From a virus (lineage: Duplodnaviria > Caudoviricetes): a stretch of DNA of 55,558 bases. The position numbers and the translations under genes are program-made. The DNA lies in the IMG/VR virus record IMGVR_UViG_3300037583_000002, positions 1 through 55,558 of that record; one strand, given 5' to 3'. This document shows, piece by piece, positions 55,435 to 55,558 of the stretch; position 1 is the first letter of the stretch, and each line of letters begins with the position of its first letter. The notes under the pieces are model-generated. The model was not told where the DNA came from. It saw only the letters and a program-made list of their open reading frames with translations, and searched no databases.

Positions 55435-55558
55435 GGGGCTGTTGATCTTTGTAGTACATATATCAATCAGCCCACATTGGTAGCCACATCATAGTAAATG
55501 CTAAAGCGAGCATTGAATGATAATTTCGTTCAAGCTTTTCATACCGCGTGGCTATCCC
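55435..55558 (-). mobile_element. Right end of IS5-family element with transposase C-terminus
   Basis: Minus strand 55558-55463 reads GIATRYEKLERNYHSMLALAFTMMWLPMWAD*; IR GGGGCTGTTGATCTTTGTAGTA preceded by TA. Confidence 0.9.

Overview
The window is an apparently near-complete ~55 kb temperate podovirus-like phage genome. The host is probably a gammaproteobacterium (inference from sigma70 promoters, a LexA-type box and an IS5-family element). Both window edges fall inside an IS5-family element in the same orientation: transposase start at the left, transposase end at the right. The minus-strand arm (299-33109) encodes integrase, tail fibre/tail proteins, an M15 endolysin, ejection proteins, an N4-gp56-type capsid, scaffold, portal and terminase. 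The plus-strand arm (33395-55349) holds early genes, an iteron-rich origin candidate, a family A polymerase, primase-helicase, PD-(D/E)XK nuclease, SNF2 helicase, SSB-like proteins, an HTH repressor, excisionase and ThyX. The most unusual signal is regulatory. (1) A 17-bp palindrome occurs at about 13 loci, mostly as pairs 24-25 bp apart, overlapping sigma70 promoters of early, structural and lysis genes alike. (2) The CI-like repressor has lost its autocleavage residues and has no divergent cro partner. (3) An operator-controlled ~78-nt candidate sRNA with a GcvB-like GU-rich seed is complementary to the leaders of the repressor and other phage genes. Together these suggest a repressor/sRNA toggle switch. 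Also noted: an SNase-like domain on the giant ejection protein, a type I toxin-antitoxin-like moron before the capsid gene, promoters initiating inside terminator hairpins, and three small ORFs below the track cutoff. All family assignments come from motif recognition by eye, not database searches.
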